Below are positions 54,295 through 63,390 of a stretch of DNA of 64,000 bases, piece by piece; positions within the stretch are counted from its first letter, which is position 1; every line of letters starts with the position of its first letter. The stretch comes from Rikenellaceae bacterium. GTDB lineage: Bacteria; Bacteroidota; Bacteroidia; Bacteroidales; Rikenellaceae. A model generated the notes under the pieces. That model was not told where the DNA came from, did not search any database, and saw only the letters and a list, made by a program, of their open reading frames with translations. The translations under genes were made by a program, and so were the position numbers. The stretch is taken from positions 10,026-74,025 of the forward strand of contig JAVBOL010000009.1 in assembly GCA_031550615.1 (NCBI GenBank). The letters are read 5' to 3'.

Positions 54295-55305
54295 TTAAAA
54301 TAAAGAATTTTCGACTGACGGGGGCATAGCCCCGATATGTTCGTAAGCCAGCGCCGTGGCTTCGCGGCCCCGCGGGGTGCGCTTCAAAAACCCCTCCTTT
54401 ATCAGGAACGGCTCGTAGACTTCCTCAATCGTGCCGCTCTCCTCGCCCACGGCGGTGGCTATGGTGTTCAGGCCGACGGGTCCGCCGCCGAATTTTTTGA
54501 TTATCGTGTGCAGTATCTTGTTGTCCATCTGGTCGAGCCCGCGCGCGTCGATATTGAGCGCCGAGAGGGCTATACGGGTGATCGCGAGGTCTATGTGTCC
54601 GTTGCCCTCGACCTGCGCGAAGTCCCTCACGCGGCGCAGCAGGGCGTTGGCGATACGCGGCGTGCCGCGGCTGCGCATGGCGATCTCGCGTGCCGCCTGG
54701 TCGTCGATGGTGATCTGCAGGATACCCGCCGAGCGGCGCACGATACCCGTCAGGGTCGCGGAGTCGTAATATTCCAGGTGGCACTGTATGCCGAAGCGTG
54801 CGCGCAACGGGCTGGTCAGCAGCCCCGAACGCGTGGTCGCGCCGATGAGCGTGAAGGGGTTCAATTCGATCTGGATCGACCGGGCGCTGGGCCCCTTGTC
54901 AAGCATGATGTCGATCTTGTAGTCCTCCATCGCCGAGTATAGGTACTCCTCGACGATGGGCGAGAGGCGGTGTATCTCGTCGATGAACAGCACGTCGCCC
55001 TCCTGCAGGTTGGTCAGCAGCCCGGCCAGGTCGCCCGGTTTGTCCAGAACGGGGCCTGATGAGAGCTTCAAGGAACCGCCCATCTCATTGCTGATGATAT
55101 TGGCCAGGGTGGTCTTGCCCAGCCCCGGGGGGCCGTGCAGCAGCACGTGGTCGAGCGCCTCGTCGCGCATCAGCGCGGCCTTGATGAAGATGCGCAGGTT
55201 GTCGACGATCTTGTCCTGTCCCGAAAACGCGTCCAGTTCACGCGGGCGTATCGTGCTTTCGAATTCGGCATCGGTTTCGATGCGTATGTTACGCTTGTCG
55301 CTCAT
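54295..55305 (-). CDS. ruvB: Holliday junction branch migration helicase RuvB
   Basis: [11 protein letters not shown] Walker [22 protein letters not shown] motifs. Confidence 0.95.
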   Translation of the reverse strand: MSDKRNIRIETDAEFESTIRPRELDAFSGQDKIVDNLRIFIKAALMRDEALDHVLLHGPPGLGKTTLANIISNEMGGSLKLSSGPVLDKPGDLAGLLTNLQEGDVLFIDEIHRLSPIVEEYLYSAMEDYKIDIMLDKGPSARSIQIELNPFTLIGATTRSGLLTSPLRARFGIQCHLEYYDSATLTGIVRRSAGILQITIDDQAAREIAMRSRGTPRIANALLRRVRDFAQVEGNGHIDLAITRIALSALNIDARGLDQMDNKILHTIIKKFGGGPVGLNTIATAVGEESGTIEEVYEPFLIKEGFLKRTPRGREATALAYEHIGAMPPSVENSLF

Positions 55306-58163
55306 TGCTGTGCCTGTTTTTTCTGGTCGTTGCTTATTTTTTTCACCTCTTTGACGCTTATGTCGTGGGCGTTTTTGATCTCGATGGCTCCTTTGCGGGG
55401 CATCGAGAGCGAGTTGAAGCGGTAGGAAAACCGCAGGGTCGCATAGCGCCCCAACGTGTTGGTCACCAGGTCCTGCACATATGTATCGCGCACATAGTGC
55501 AGACGGTTGGTGTTCTGGTCGAGCAGGTCGTACGCCGCCAGGCTCACCTCGCCGTTTTGGCGTTTAAAGACCTTTTTGCCCAGCGAGGCGTTAAGCACCC
55601 AGAAAGAGGTGTTCATATCCTCTGCCGACGAAGAGGTGTAGTAACGCCACGAAAGCACCGAGTTGAAGACGAAGCCTTTCCAGAAGATCACGTTGACTGA
55701 GTAGAAGAAATTCTGGTTCAGGAAGGAGTTATCCTCCTTCTCGGAGTTTACCGTGCGGTTCCACGCCGTGTTCGAGTAGACGTTGAAATCCACATTGCGC
55801 GAGATGTTGCTCGTTACCCCGACCCTCGCCCCTATCGAGTTGATGTTCGCCACGTTAAGGCGGTCCCTGATGTATGAGGGCACGCGTGTGTAGGTGTATT
55901 GGCCCGAGAGGTTCAGATTGCTCTTTATGGGCGAAAGGAAGAACGAGTAGGTCGCCGCGGCGTCCGCAGCCGCATAACCGTCTATGTTGACCCGCCGGGT
56001 AAGGGTCGCTCCGGCCAGGGGGGTATAGGTTTCGGTGCTGCCGGGGTAGACCGGCAGCGCCTCGTCGCCCGAGAGTATCTCGTTTTGGGTGGCTATGTAG
56101 TCGGCTATTGCGCTGGCCCTTAGCGTGAGCGTGAAGTTGGTGTTGCGCTCGACGTTGGTCGCGTTGTAGAACGCCTCGAGCGAGTTGTTGTACGACGGCC
56201 TGAGCCCCGGGTTGCCCTGGTAGAGGTGGTTGGGGTTGGCGTAGTTTAGCACGTCCTGCATATAGGCGATGTTGGGCAGTTGGGGGCGGCCCTGGTAGCG
56301 TAGGCGCAGGTAGCGTTTCTTCTGGATAGAATACTTGAGCGAGACCATCGGGGTGAAGTTGCCGAAACTGCGGTCGGTGACGCTTTGGGTTGGCATCACT
56401 TCCTCACGGTGCTGCGAGGCAACCTGGTAGTCCACCCCGGCGTTGACCGAAACGACCTTGGTGTAGAGCGCGTAACCCACACCTCCAGCGTGGGTGTTGT
56501 AGTCGATGCGGTAGATATCGGTGCCCTGAGAGTCGGGGATCGAATATTCGCCCGTTGCGGGGTCGTATTTGTCGTTATGGCCGTCTACGCTGCCCCAGTC
56601 GTGGCGGAAAGAGTAGTTGGCCATAAGGCGGTGGTATTTCAAAAACGGCTCCGTCCAGATCGCCTTGGCCTTGAAATAGCTGTTGTCGGTGGTCTTGTAG
56701 ATGTAACGGTTATCCCCGGCCTTGTCCACCCATTGCCCGTCTTTATAGGTTTGCCTTAGGCTGTCCACCTTGTACTGGTCGTTGTCCTGGGCGGTGTTGC
56801 TCAGCGTCAGCGAGAGGGTCAGGCGGCGTCCGTTCTTGGCGAAACGGTGCGTCCACAGCATTTCGCCGCCCAGGGCCAACGATGAGTTGTCGTAAGGGCT
56901 GAAGGTGCGCGTGCGGCTCAGCGAGTCGCCGTTCTGGATATTGAGCACGCCCGATCCGCGCGAATCGAAGTGCGTGTCGCGCAACGTGAGGCGCGGGGCG
57001 AAGACCAGCGTGTTGGTCTTCGAGGGGCGCCACTCTGCACGCAGGTTGAAGCGCCCGTTAAGTGTGTGGGTGAAATATTCGTTGTCCGAGATCGACGACT
57101 TCTGCCAATATCTATCGTCGGGGTAGTAGTTATTCTCGGCGTGGGTGATCGTGTGGTTGACCGTGTGGTCGGCGGAAAGGCTCGTTTCGAGTTTGAGCTT
57201 TTCATTCTCGCGGGTGTAGTTGAACCCCGCGCCGTTTATATTCTGCACGCCCATCGGTTGGTTGCGTATGTTGCCGTTGGCGTCGGTTTCCGAGTCGCCG
57301 GCCAGTTCGGGTTCGCCGAATTTACGGGTGTTCACGTTATTCGACAGCAGCGACACTGTGAAACGCTGCTCGGGCGTGAAACGCGAGAAGTTGCCCCCAG
57401 CCAGGTAGCGCAACGGGTCGCCCGCCTCGCGCGCCGTCTCCATCCCCCCGGCAGTTTCGGCTTTTAGGATCGTGCTCTCGTGCATCTTGGCCTTGGTGAC
57501 TATGTTGATCGCCTTCTCGGTCGACCCGTCGTCGAAACCCGTCAGGCGCGACTCCTCGCTTGGCGCGTCGAAGAGCTGTATGCTCTCCACGGCGTCGGCG
57601 GGCAGACTTTTGAGCGCCGCCATGGGGTCGCTGCCGAAAAAGAGCTTCCCGTCGACGTAGATCCGCCGCACCGGTTCGCCCTGCGCCTCGATGCGCCCCT
57701 GCTGGATGATAACGCCCGGCATCTTGACCACCAACTCTTCGACGTCGGCGTCGGGCCGCGTCTTGAAGGCGTCGGCGTTATACTGCACCGTGTCGCCCTT
57801 GACCTGGGCCATAGGGGCTTTGGCCGTGACCACTATCTCCTCGATGCGGTTTGTGGCGGCGCGAAGGCGGACATCGCCCATCTCGGTGCGGGGCGCCTTT
57901 ACCGCGACCTTAACGGTCCGTTGGCGGAATGACTGAAAATCGAACACTATATCGACCTCGCCCGCCGGGACCCCTTTCAACTCGAAAAAGCCCTTTGCGT
58001 CGGTATGCGTCGCGACAGCCTTGTTGCCCTGCATGAATACGGAAACCCCCGCCAAAGCGATGGAGTCGGCTGCCGAAACGACGCGCCCGTGCACCGATGC
58101 GGTCTGGGCGTGCGCGGCAAGGCTCACAATGGCTATGCAGAGGGTTGAAAACAGGGCTTTCAT
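55302..58163 (-). CDS. TonB-dependent receptor-like outer membrane beta-barrel protein with carboxypeptidase-regulatory-like N-domain
   Basis: ATG at 58163 ([20 protein letters not shown] signal). CarbopepD_reg-like domain, plug and barrel, C-terminal aromatic-rich strand. Confidence 0.82.
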   Translation of the reverse strand: MKALFSTLCIAIVSLAAHAQTASVHGRVVSAADSIALAGVSVFMQGNKAVATHTDAKGFFELKGVPAGEVDIVFDFQSFRQRTVKVAVKAPRTEMGDVRLRAATNRIEEIVVTAKAPMAQVKGDTVQYNADAFKTRPDADVEELVVKMPGVIIQQGRIEAQGEPVRRIYVDGKLFFGSDPMAALKSLPADAVESIQLFDAPSEESRLTGFDDGSTEKAINIVTKAKMHESTILKAETAGGMETAREAGDPLRYLAGGNFSRFTPEQRFTVSLLSNNVNTRKFGEPELAGDSETDANGNIRNQPMGVQNINGAGFNYTRENEKLKLETSLSADHTVNHTITHAENNYYPDDRYWQKSSISDNEYFTHTLNGRFNLRAEWRPSKTNTLVFAPRLTLRDTHFDSRGSGVLNIQNGDSLSRTRTFSPYDNSSLALGGEMLWTHRFAKNGRRLTLSLTLSNTAQDNDQYKVDSLRQTYKDGQWVDKAGDNRYIYKTTDNSYFKAKAIWTEPFLKYHRLMANYSFRHDWGSVDGHNDKYDPATGEYSIPDSQGTDIYRIDYNTHAGGVGYALYTKVVSVNAGVDYQVASQHREEVMPTQSVTDRSFGNFTPMVSLKYSIQKKRYLRLRYQGRPQLPNIAYMQDVLNYANPNHLYQGNPGLRPSYNNSLEAFYNATNVERNTNFTLTLRASAIADYIATQNEILSGDEALPVYPGSTETYTPLAGATLTRRVNIDGYAAADAAATYSFFLSPIKSNLNLSGQYTYTRVPSYIRDRLNVANINSIGARVGVTSNISRNVDFNVYSNTAWNRTVNSEKEDNSFLNQNFFYSVNVIFWKGFVFNSVLSWRYYTSSSAEDMNTSFWVLNASLGKKVFKRQNGEVSLAAYDLLDQNTNRLHYVRDTYVQDLVTNTLGRYATLRFSYRFNSLSMPRKGAIEIKNAHDISVKEVKKISNDQKKQAQQ

Positions 58164-58172
58164 ATATCTTCG

Positions 58173-58180
58173 CAAAGATA
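58173..58180 (-). promoter_or_regulatory. -7 promoter box (TATCTTTG, minus strand)
   Basis: CAAAGATA on the plus strand, 9 nt upstream of ATG 58163. The track's TTG start at 58175 lies inside it. Confidence 0.45.
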
Positions 58181-58295
58181 ATCAATGTTTCCAAAAAGCC
58201 CGACGTCTGATCGATATGTTGTCGCCTGTGCTGTGTAGTGGCTGCGGCATGGCTGTGCCGCCATACCTTAGTGCGTTACCGCGTTTGAAATGCCC

Positions 58296-58865
58296 TTAAA
58301 GCGACGCATCGGCTTCGATGCCGAGCGGGGCGAGTACACCGTCGGCTTGTGAGAGCGAGATCTTCATGCGGCGCACGCGGTTGTCGCCAGGGTCTATCGT
58401 GAAATCCGTCGAGCCGCGCAGGTCGGCGCCCGTAAGGACGGTGTTGGAAAACGCCGCGCCCAGCAGGTCGCAATCGGCGATCACGGCGCCCGTCAGGTCG
58501 CAATCCGAAAAATCGGCACCGCGCAGACGCGTGCCGGCGATCCTGGCCTTGGCCATTTTAAGTCCGAAAAACAGCGCGTCGTCGGCGATGCACCCCGATA
58601 AAGAGATCGAAAACCCCATGCGGTTGCAGCGCGTGAGGTCGAGCCCCACCATCTTGCACTCCTCGAAATGCACCTCGCGCAATGACACCCCGCCGAGCGA
58701 GGCCATGCTCAGGTCGCAACCCTCGAAACGGCACTCCGAAAAGACGCATCCGTCCAACTCCGCCCCGGCGAGACTGCATCCCCTAAAGGCGCAATTCTCA
58801 TACTCCACGCCCTGTTCGGGGCGCTGGCCGGCCTTGAAGACGGTATCCAGGACGATGCCCTGCAT
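58296..58865 (-). CDS. Pentapeptide repeat protein
   Basis: Continuous A(D/N)LxG-type pentapeptide periodicity (CAFRGCSLAGAELDGCVFSECRFEGCDLSMASL...). Confidence 0.85.
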   Translation of the reverse strand: MQGIVLDTVFKAGQRPEQGVEYENCAFRGCSLAGAELDGCVFSECRFEGCDLSMASLGGVSLREVHFEECKMVGLDLTRCNRMGFSISLSGCIADDALFFGLKMAKARIAGTRLRGADFSDCDLTGAVIADCDLLGAAFSNTVLTGADLRGSTDFTIDPGDNRVRRMKISLSQADGVLAPLGIEADASL

Positions 58866-58867
58866 GG

Positions 58868-60454
58868 CTACCTGGGCGAACCCCAGCCGCCGTATTTATT
58901 GGTAAGCGGCCACACGCGGCCCTTGCGGAAGGTGCAGGTCGACATGCGCAGTACGGGGCAGAACTGCACCCTCTTATACTCGTTGCGGTTGACCATGCGG
59001 TATACCCTTTCGACGGTCGAAGGTTCGAAGCCGGCGCTCATGATCTCCTCGCGGTGCTGTCCCTCTTCGATCATCCGGTAGAGGATCGCGTCCAACTCGT
59101 CATAGGCCGGCAGCGAATCGGAGTCCTTCTGCTCGGGACGCAACTCGGCGGACGGCTCCTTGTCTATCGTGTTAACAGGGATTATCTCCCCGCTGCGGTT
59201 GATGTGGCGCGCCAGGTCGTAAACTTCGCTCTTATAGAGGTCGCCGATCACGCTCAGCGAACCCGCGCTGTCGCCGTACATGGTACCGTAGCCGACCGCC
59301 AACTCGCTCTTATTGGATGTGTTGAGCAGCATATATCCGAACTTGTTGCACAGCGCCATAAGGAACACCATGCGAAGGCGGGCTTGCATATTCTCCTCCG
59401 TTACGTCGAACTGTGTTTCGCCGAATACACCCCTCAGCTCATTCAACGCCGCGTCGTAGGTCGCCGAAATGGGCACTATGTCATACTGCACGCCCAGGTT
59501 TTCGGCCAGGCGGCGCGCATCGTCGACCGAATGGTCCGACGAGTAGACCGAGGGGAGCATCATCACCCGCACGTTTTCCGCCCCGAGCACCTCGGCGGCC
59601 AGGGCCAGCACCACCGCGGAGTCGATGCCGCCCGAGAGTCCGAGCGCAGCTTTCGTAAAACCATTTTTACGGAAATAGTCGCCCAGCCCGAGTTTTATGG
59701 CGTTGTAGACGTTGGCCGTCTTGTTCTGGTATGGTATCTTGATCGCGGGGTTGGCCTTGTCAAGGTCTACCACCGCAAGGTCTTCGGCGAAGTTCTTCAG
59801 CAGGGCGATCGCCTCGCCCTTAGGGTTGAACACCGACGACGAGCCGTCATAGACCACGTCGGTCTGTCCGCCCACGCAGTTCACGAAAGCCACGTTCTTG
59901 CCGGTGGTAAAGGCCAGTTTGCCCAGGAAGTCGTAGCGTTGCTCGACGATGCCGCGCGCATAGGGGCTCAGGGCGATATTCACGATCGTGTCGGCGTAGT
60001 CGCCGTAGTGCTGCTCCTGGCGTATGTCGTCGCCCAGCACGATAGCCACCTTATGTCCGGCGACCTTTATATATTCGACCCCTTTCGAGGGCACGATATG
60101 GCGCACCTCGTCGCGTGAGTTGACGTATTTCTTGCCGGCGTAGCGGATCACCTTGCGGTCTTTGATCACCGCCGCGGCGCTGATAGTGCGGTTTTCGTGT
60201 TGCAGGGGCAGCCCTATGACAGCCGTGATATCGTCGCAATGCGAGGCTATCTCCACCAGCGCCTCCTCGCACAGGTCGAGGAAAGTGACCTTATTGAGCA
60301 GGTCGTATGCCGGCGCGCCGCTTATGGCCTGTTCGCTCAGGCACACCAGGTCGGCGCCCTGCGATTTGGCCCTGATTATCGAATTGACGATGCGGAGTTT
60401 ATTCTCCTCGAAGTCGCCTACGGTGAAATTTAACTGAGCGAGAGCGATTTTCAT
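58868..60454 (-). CDS. nadE: Glutamine-dependent NAD+ synthetase
   Basis: ATG at 60454 (MKIALAQLNF). N-terminal CN-hydrolase domain. SGGIDS PP-loop in the C-terminal domain. Confidence 0.92.
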   Translation of the reverse strand: MKIALAQLNFTVGDFEENKLRIVNSIIRAKSQGADLVCLSEQAISGAPAYDLLNKVTFLDLCEEALVEIASHCDDITAVIGLPLQHENRTISAAAVIKDRKVIRYAGKKYVNSRDEVRHIVPSKGVEYIKVAGHKVAIVLGDDIRQEQHYGDYADTIVNIALSPYARGIVEQRYDFLGKLAFTTGKNVAFVNCVGGQTDVVYDGSSSVFNPKGEAIALLKNFAEDLAVVDLDKANPAIKIPYQNKTANVYNAIKLGLGDYFRKNGFTKAALGLSGGIDSAVVLALAAEVLGAENVRVMMLPSVYSSDHSVDDARRLAENLGVQYDIVPISATYDAALNELRGVFGETQFDVTEENMQARLRMVFLMALCNKFGYMLLNTSNKSELAVGYGTMYGDSAGSLSVIGDLYKSEVYDLARHINRSGEIIPVNTIDKEPSAELRPEQKDSDSLPAYDELDAILYRMIEEGQHREEIMSAGFEPSTVERVYRMVNRNEYKRVQFCPVLRMSTCTFRKGRVWPLTNKYGGWGSPR

Positions 60455-60586
60455 AGCCTGTCCGTAATGCAAATTTAACGTTGCCGCACCGGGGGAGGTT
60501 TTCCAACGGCCTGGAGTTCCCTGGGTTTACTTCGGGATTATTCCCAGATCCGGTCGGCAGCCCCCGGGGCATACTTTTTTCGGGTG

Positions 60587-60594
60587 CAAAGATA
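60587..60594 (-). promoter_or_regulatory. -7 promoter box (TATCTTTG, minus strand) for nadE
   Basis: CAAAGATA on the plus strand. Implies a leader of roughly 130 nt. Confidence 0.45.
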
Positions 60595-60675
60595 CGACAT
60601 TTAGATAGAAGTGCCGCAAAAAAGGGCTGAAATAAAAATTTAGCAGTTAATTTTGCGAAATATAAAAAAGTTACC

Positions 60676-60683
60676 TACCTTTG
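60676..60683 (+). promoter_or_regulatory. -7 promoter box (TACCTTTG) for tRNA-Phe
   Basis: About 65 nt upstream of the tRNA. Confidence 0.45.
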
Positions 60684-60747
60684 CACCCGCTTATCGAGTT
60701 AAACCAGTTTTGGTCAAAATACCTGACAAGCGGCAAACAAAAATGTT

Positions 60748-60820
<73 letters not shown>

Positions 60821-60829
60821 CTGAAAATC

Positions 60830-60860
60830 AAGCAGTTACAGAAATGTGGCTGCTTTTTTA
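60830..60860 (+). terminator. Terminator hairpin after tRNA-Phe
   Basis: AAGCAGTTACA-GAAA-TGTGGCTGCTT (two G-U pairs), then TTTTT. Confidence 0.65.
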
Positions 60861-60890
60861 TGCCTTTTCGGGTGGGTCTTACTGTGGTTT

Positions 60891-60898
60891 TAGCTTTG
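60891..60898 (+). promoter_or_regulatory. -7 promoter box (TAGCTTTG)
   Basis: About 45 nt upstream of ATG 60944. Confidence 0.45.
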
Positions 60899-60943
60899 AG
60901 TTAAACCGAGAGTTAATGTGTATTTATCTAAAGATCCAAAGTT

Positions 60944-61744
60944 ATGGTCTTAAAATTCAGGCTCAAATTTATAGGTAGCCTACTTTTGCTCATTGCATTT
61001 ATGGCTGTATCATGTAATAAAGAGGAATCTTACGATCCGATTACATTATCATATAACGCATACGGGCCTGTTTTTGACAACCAATCGAAACGGATAACTA
61101 TACAGATGTTCAACGAGTCCCTGCCGCTCCTCATTAACGGCGGCGATGGGCGTTTCAGCATCACCAACAACAGCGAAAGCGTTATCGGTTACACGCTCGA
61201 CGGTAAAACCCTGACGCTCCAGGCTGTTTCATATGGCACAGGCAGCATCGTAATCCATGATAAGTCCGGCAACAGCTACACTCTTGAAGTCTTTGTGCAA
61301 GTCAAGGTTTCTTCCTATGCCATCGTCAGGGGGAATGATATGGATATATTGAGAAAAGCTCAGCTGGAAGAGCAAATAATTGCCGATGCGCCTAAGGGGA
61401 TATGGCAATTCAATACCTATATACTCGAGACCGGTAAAGAATTCAAAAGCAAACTGTTCCTTACGGACGCGGAAAATTCCGAATATAAAGAGTACGATAG
61501 TGTGGTGCAGGGAGATGTCCCCGGCGGCCAGACATCTCCTCCGGCCCAGGTGGAGACCTGGATAACTATGAAATCGGATACAGAGGAATTTTTGTTGTTC
61601 ATTTGCCAACCGTTTATACTTGATAACGGGAAATTTATCAGGGGCTACAACCTGATAAGGGACGTAAAGGATAGGTACATTGCCGAATATCCGGAAATAA
61701 CGCATGCCTTCGAAGTGCAGTCGTATTATTCCCTGCAGGACTAA
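60944..61744 (+). CDS. Orphan lipoprotein, possible N-terminal Ig-like (Big_2-like) domain
   Basis: Signal peptide plus lipobox (LLLLIAFMAVSC). Visibly lower GC than the flanks. The segment TLDGKTLTLQAVSYGTGSIVIHDKSGNSYTLEVFV resembles bacterial Ig-like repeats. Confidence 0.6.
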   Translation: MVLKFRLKFIGSLLLLIAFMAVSCNKEESYDPITLSYNAYGPVFDNQSKRITIQMFNESLPLLINGGDGRFSITNNSESVIGYTLDGKTLTLQAVSYGTGSIVIHDKSGNSYTLEVFVQVKVSSYAIVRGNDMDILRKAQLEEQIIADAPKGIWQFNTYILETGKEFKSKLFLTDAENSEYKEYDSVVQGDVPGGQTSPPAQVETWITMKSDTEEFLLFICQPFILDNGKFIRGYNLIRDVKDRYIAEYPEITHAFEVQSYYSLQD

Positions 61745-62083
61745 ATAATATGAATCTGTACGGTTGCTTATATGTTTGTTATAAGAAAGAGGCTTTAATC
61801 CCTTAGGAGTTCTTCAAAGGTCTCGAAACTCATTAATCATACCCCCCTTATATCCTTTTATATTTCTTCTCGTGGTAATACGAGTAATTTATATTTGTTC
61901 ATATATTCCTCACATGGTAAAACATTAAGGCGCTAATAATTTGCCACTTACAAAAACACCTTGCTGACATTATATATAGTACTGTGTACTATGAGAGTTC
62001 AAGGTACTTTTCTTCTATCGTGACTTTATCATCTCCCCACATAATATCTGCAGAATACGAATCATAGGTACAAATTTATAAAA

Positions 62084-62126
62084 ACACGCACAGTTTTAGC
62101 ATTTGTATGCGTAAAACCGTGCGTGT
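62084..62126 (-). terminator. Terminator hairpin downstream of tRNA-Ser
   Basis: Minus strand ACACGCACGGTTTTA / TAAAACTGTGCGTGT 15-bp stem (one G-U), followed by TTTT. Confidence 0.65.
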
Positions 62127-62156
62127 CTTGCGTAGTTTGCTGATTTTCAGCTATTT

Positions 62157-62244
<88 letters not shown>

Positions 62245-62249
62245 GGGTG

Positions 62250-62257
62250 CAAAAGTA
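62250..62257 (-). promoter_or_regulatory. -7 promoter box (TACTTTTG, minus strand) for tRNA-Ser
   Basis: CAAAAGTA on the plus strand, 5 nt upstream of the tRNA 5' end. Confidence 0.5.
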
Positions 62258-62332
62258 TGCTAATTATCCGGTTTTGCAAAAAAACTTTGTCATAATGGCC
62301 CCCTAAGGTGATTGTATTTAGGATTTCATGGT

Positions 62333-62340
62333 TATATTTG
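62333..62340 (+). promoter_or_regulatory. -7 promoter box (TATATTTG) for the HU gene
   Basis: About 60 nt upstream of ATG 62401. Confidence 0.5.
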
Positions 62341-62400
62341 CGGCTGCCACCCTCTCTTTGCGCAGACACTCCACCCCATATACTATAACCCGAAGCGCTT

Positions 62401-62673
62401 ATGAATAAGACTCAACTTGTGGAACAGATCGCCCTGCAAACGGGCATCCGGAAGGTAGATGCGCGAAAATGCGTCGATGCATTGATACAGGCAACGGCCA
62501 CGGCGTTGCAGCAGGGAGAGAAGATAACCCTTACCGGGCTGGGAACTTTCTCGGTGTCAAAGACAAAGGGACGCATCGGAAGACATCCGCGAACGGGGGC
62601 GTCGATCAGGATCGCACCGCGTAACGCAGTCAGGTTCCGACCGGGAAGTGACCTTACGGCCCTGGTGCAATAA
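62401..62673 (+). CDS. hup: HU family DNA-binding protein
   Basis: MNKTQLVEQIA...GFGTFSV-like arm region and RNPRTG-like motif (GRHPRTGASI), 90 aa. Confidence 0.92.
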   Translation: MNKTQLVEQIALQTGIRKVDARKCVDALIQATATALQQGEKITLTGLGTFSVSKTKGRIGRHPRTGASIRIAPRNAVRFRPGSDLTALVQ

Positions 62674-62697
62674 CCTGGACCCGGCATAAGTGGCGCC

Positions 62698-62719
62698 GTT
62701 CATCCTTGCGGGGATGAAC
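62698..62719 (+). terminator. Possible terminator hairpin after the HU gene
   Basis: GTTCATCC-TTGCGG-GGATGAAC. The T-run follows 7 nt later. Confidence 0.45.
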
Positions 62720-62736
62720 CGTGTCGCTTTTTTGTA

Positions 62737-62744
62737 TATATTTG
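62737..62744 (+). promoter_or_regulatory. -7 promoter box (TATATTTG) for lspA
   Basis: 29 nt upstream of ATG 62774. Confidence 0.5.
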
Positions 62745-62773
62745 CAACTCACAAGCGTCTTTTTTCGGAAGTT

Positions 62774-63388
62774 ATGTCTAAAAAAATATTATCTAAACCA
62801 GGTATCGCCATAATTATCTGCCTGTTGCTGCTGCTCGACCAGACCGTCAAGATATGGATCAAGACGCACATGACCCTCGATCAGAGCATCACCGTTTTCC
62901 CGGACTGGTTTTTTATCCGCTTTATCGAAAATCCGGGCGCCGCGTTCGGGTTCCAGTTGGGGGTGAGTTGGGGAAAGCTTGCGCTGAGCCTGTTCCGTAT
63001 AGCAGCCGTGGGCGTGCTGGTGTGGTATATCGGGCACCTGCTCAGGAAGAAAGCGCCAGCCGGGGTGGTCGTCGGATTCTCGCTCATACTGGCCGGGGCG
63101 TTGGGCAATATCCTCGACAGCGCGTTTTATGGCCTTATCTTTTCGGAGTCGACTTTCTGGCAGGCGGCCACGTTCCTGCCCGAGGGCGGCGGATATGCCG
63201 GATTCCTGCACGGCAAGGTGGTCGACATGCTTTATTTTCCGCTCTTTAGCGGCACCTATCCCGCATGGCTGCCGTGGGTTGGGGGTGAGCATTTCCTGTT
63301 TTTCAGCCCCATTTTCAACATCGCGGACAGCTATATCACCTGCGGGGTGATCTATATGCTGATCTTCCAGTACAAGTTTTTCAAGTAG
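62774..63388 (+). CDS. lspA: Lipoprotein signal peptidase II
   Basis: ATG at 62774. DQTVKIWI, ENPGAAFG, GNILDS and FNIADS motifs. Confidence 0.9.
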   Translation: MSKKILSKPGIAIIICLLLLLDQTVKIWIKTHMTLDQSITVFPDWFFIRFIENPGAAFGFQLGVSWGKLALSLFRIAAVGVLVWYIGHLLRKKAPAGVVVGFSLILAGALGNILDSAFYGLIFSESTFWQAATFLPEGGGYAGFLHGKVVDMLYFPLFSGTYPAWLPWVGGEHFLFFSPIFNIADSYITCGVIYMLIFQYKFFK

Positions 63389-63390
63389 CC

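Noticed and set aside
58296-58865. Considered annotating the pentapeptide repeat protein as a Qnr-type quinolone resistance determinant.
   Set aside because: The family-level repeat is all that is visible, and no subfamily-specific features can be verified by eye.
60455-60586. Considered calling the nadE leader a known NAD+ riboswitch (nadA or pnuC motif).
   Set aside because: I cannot align it to either consensus from memory, and those classes are known from other phyla. It is reported only as a candidate structured leader.
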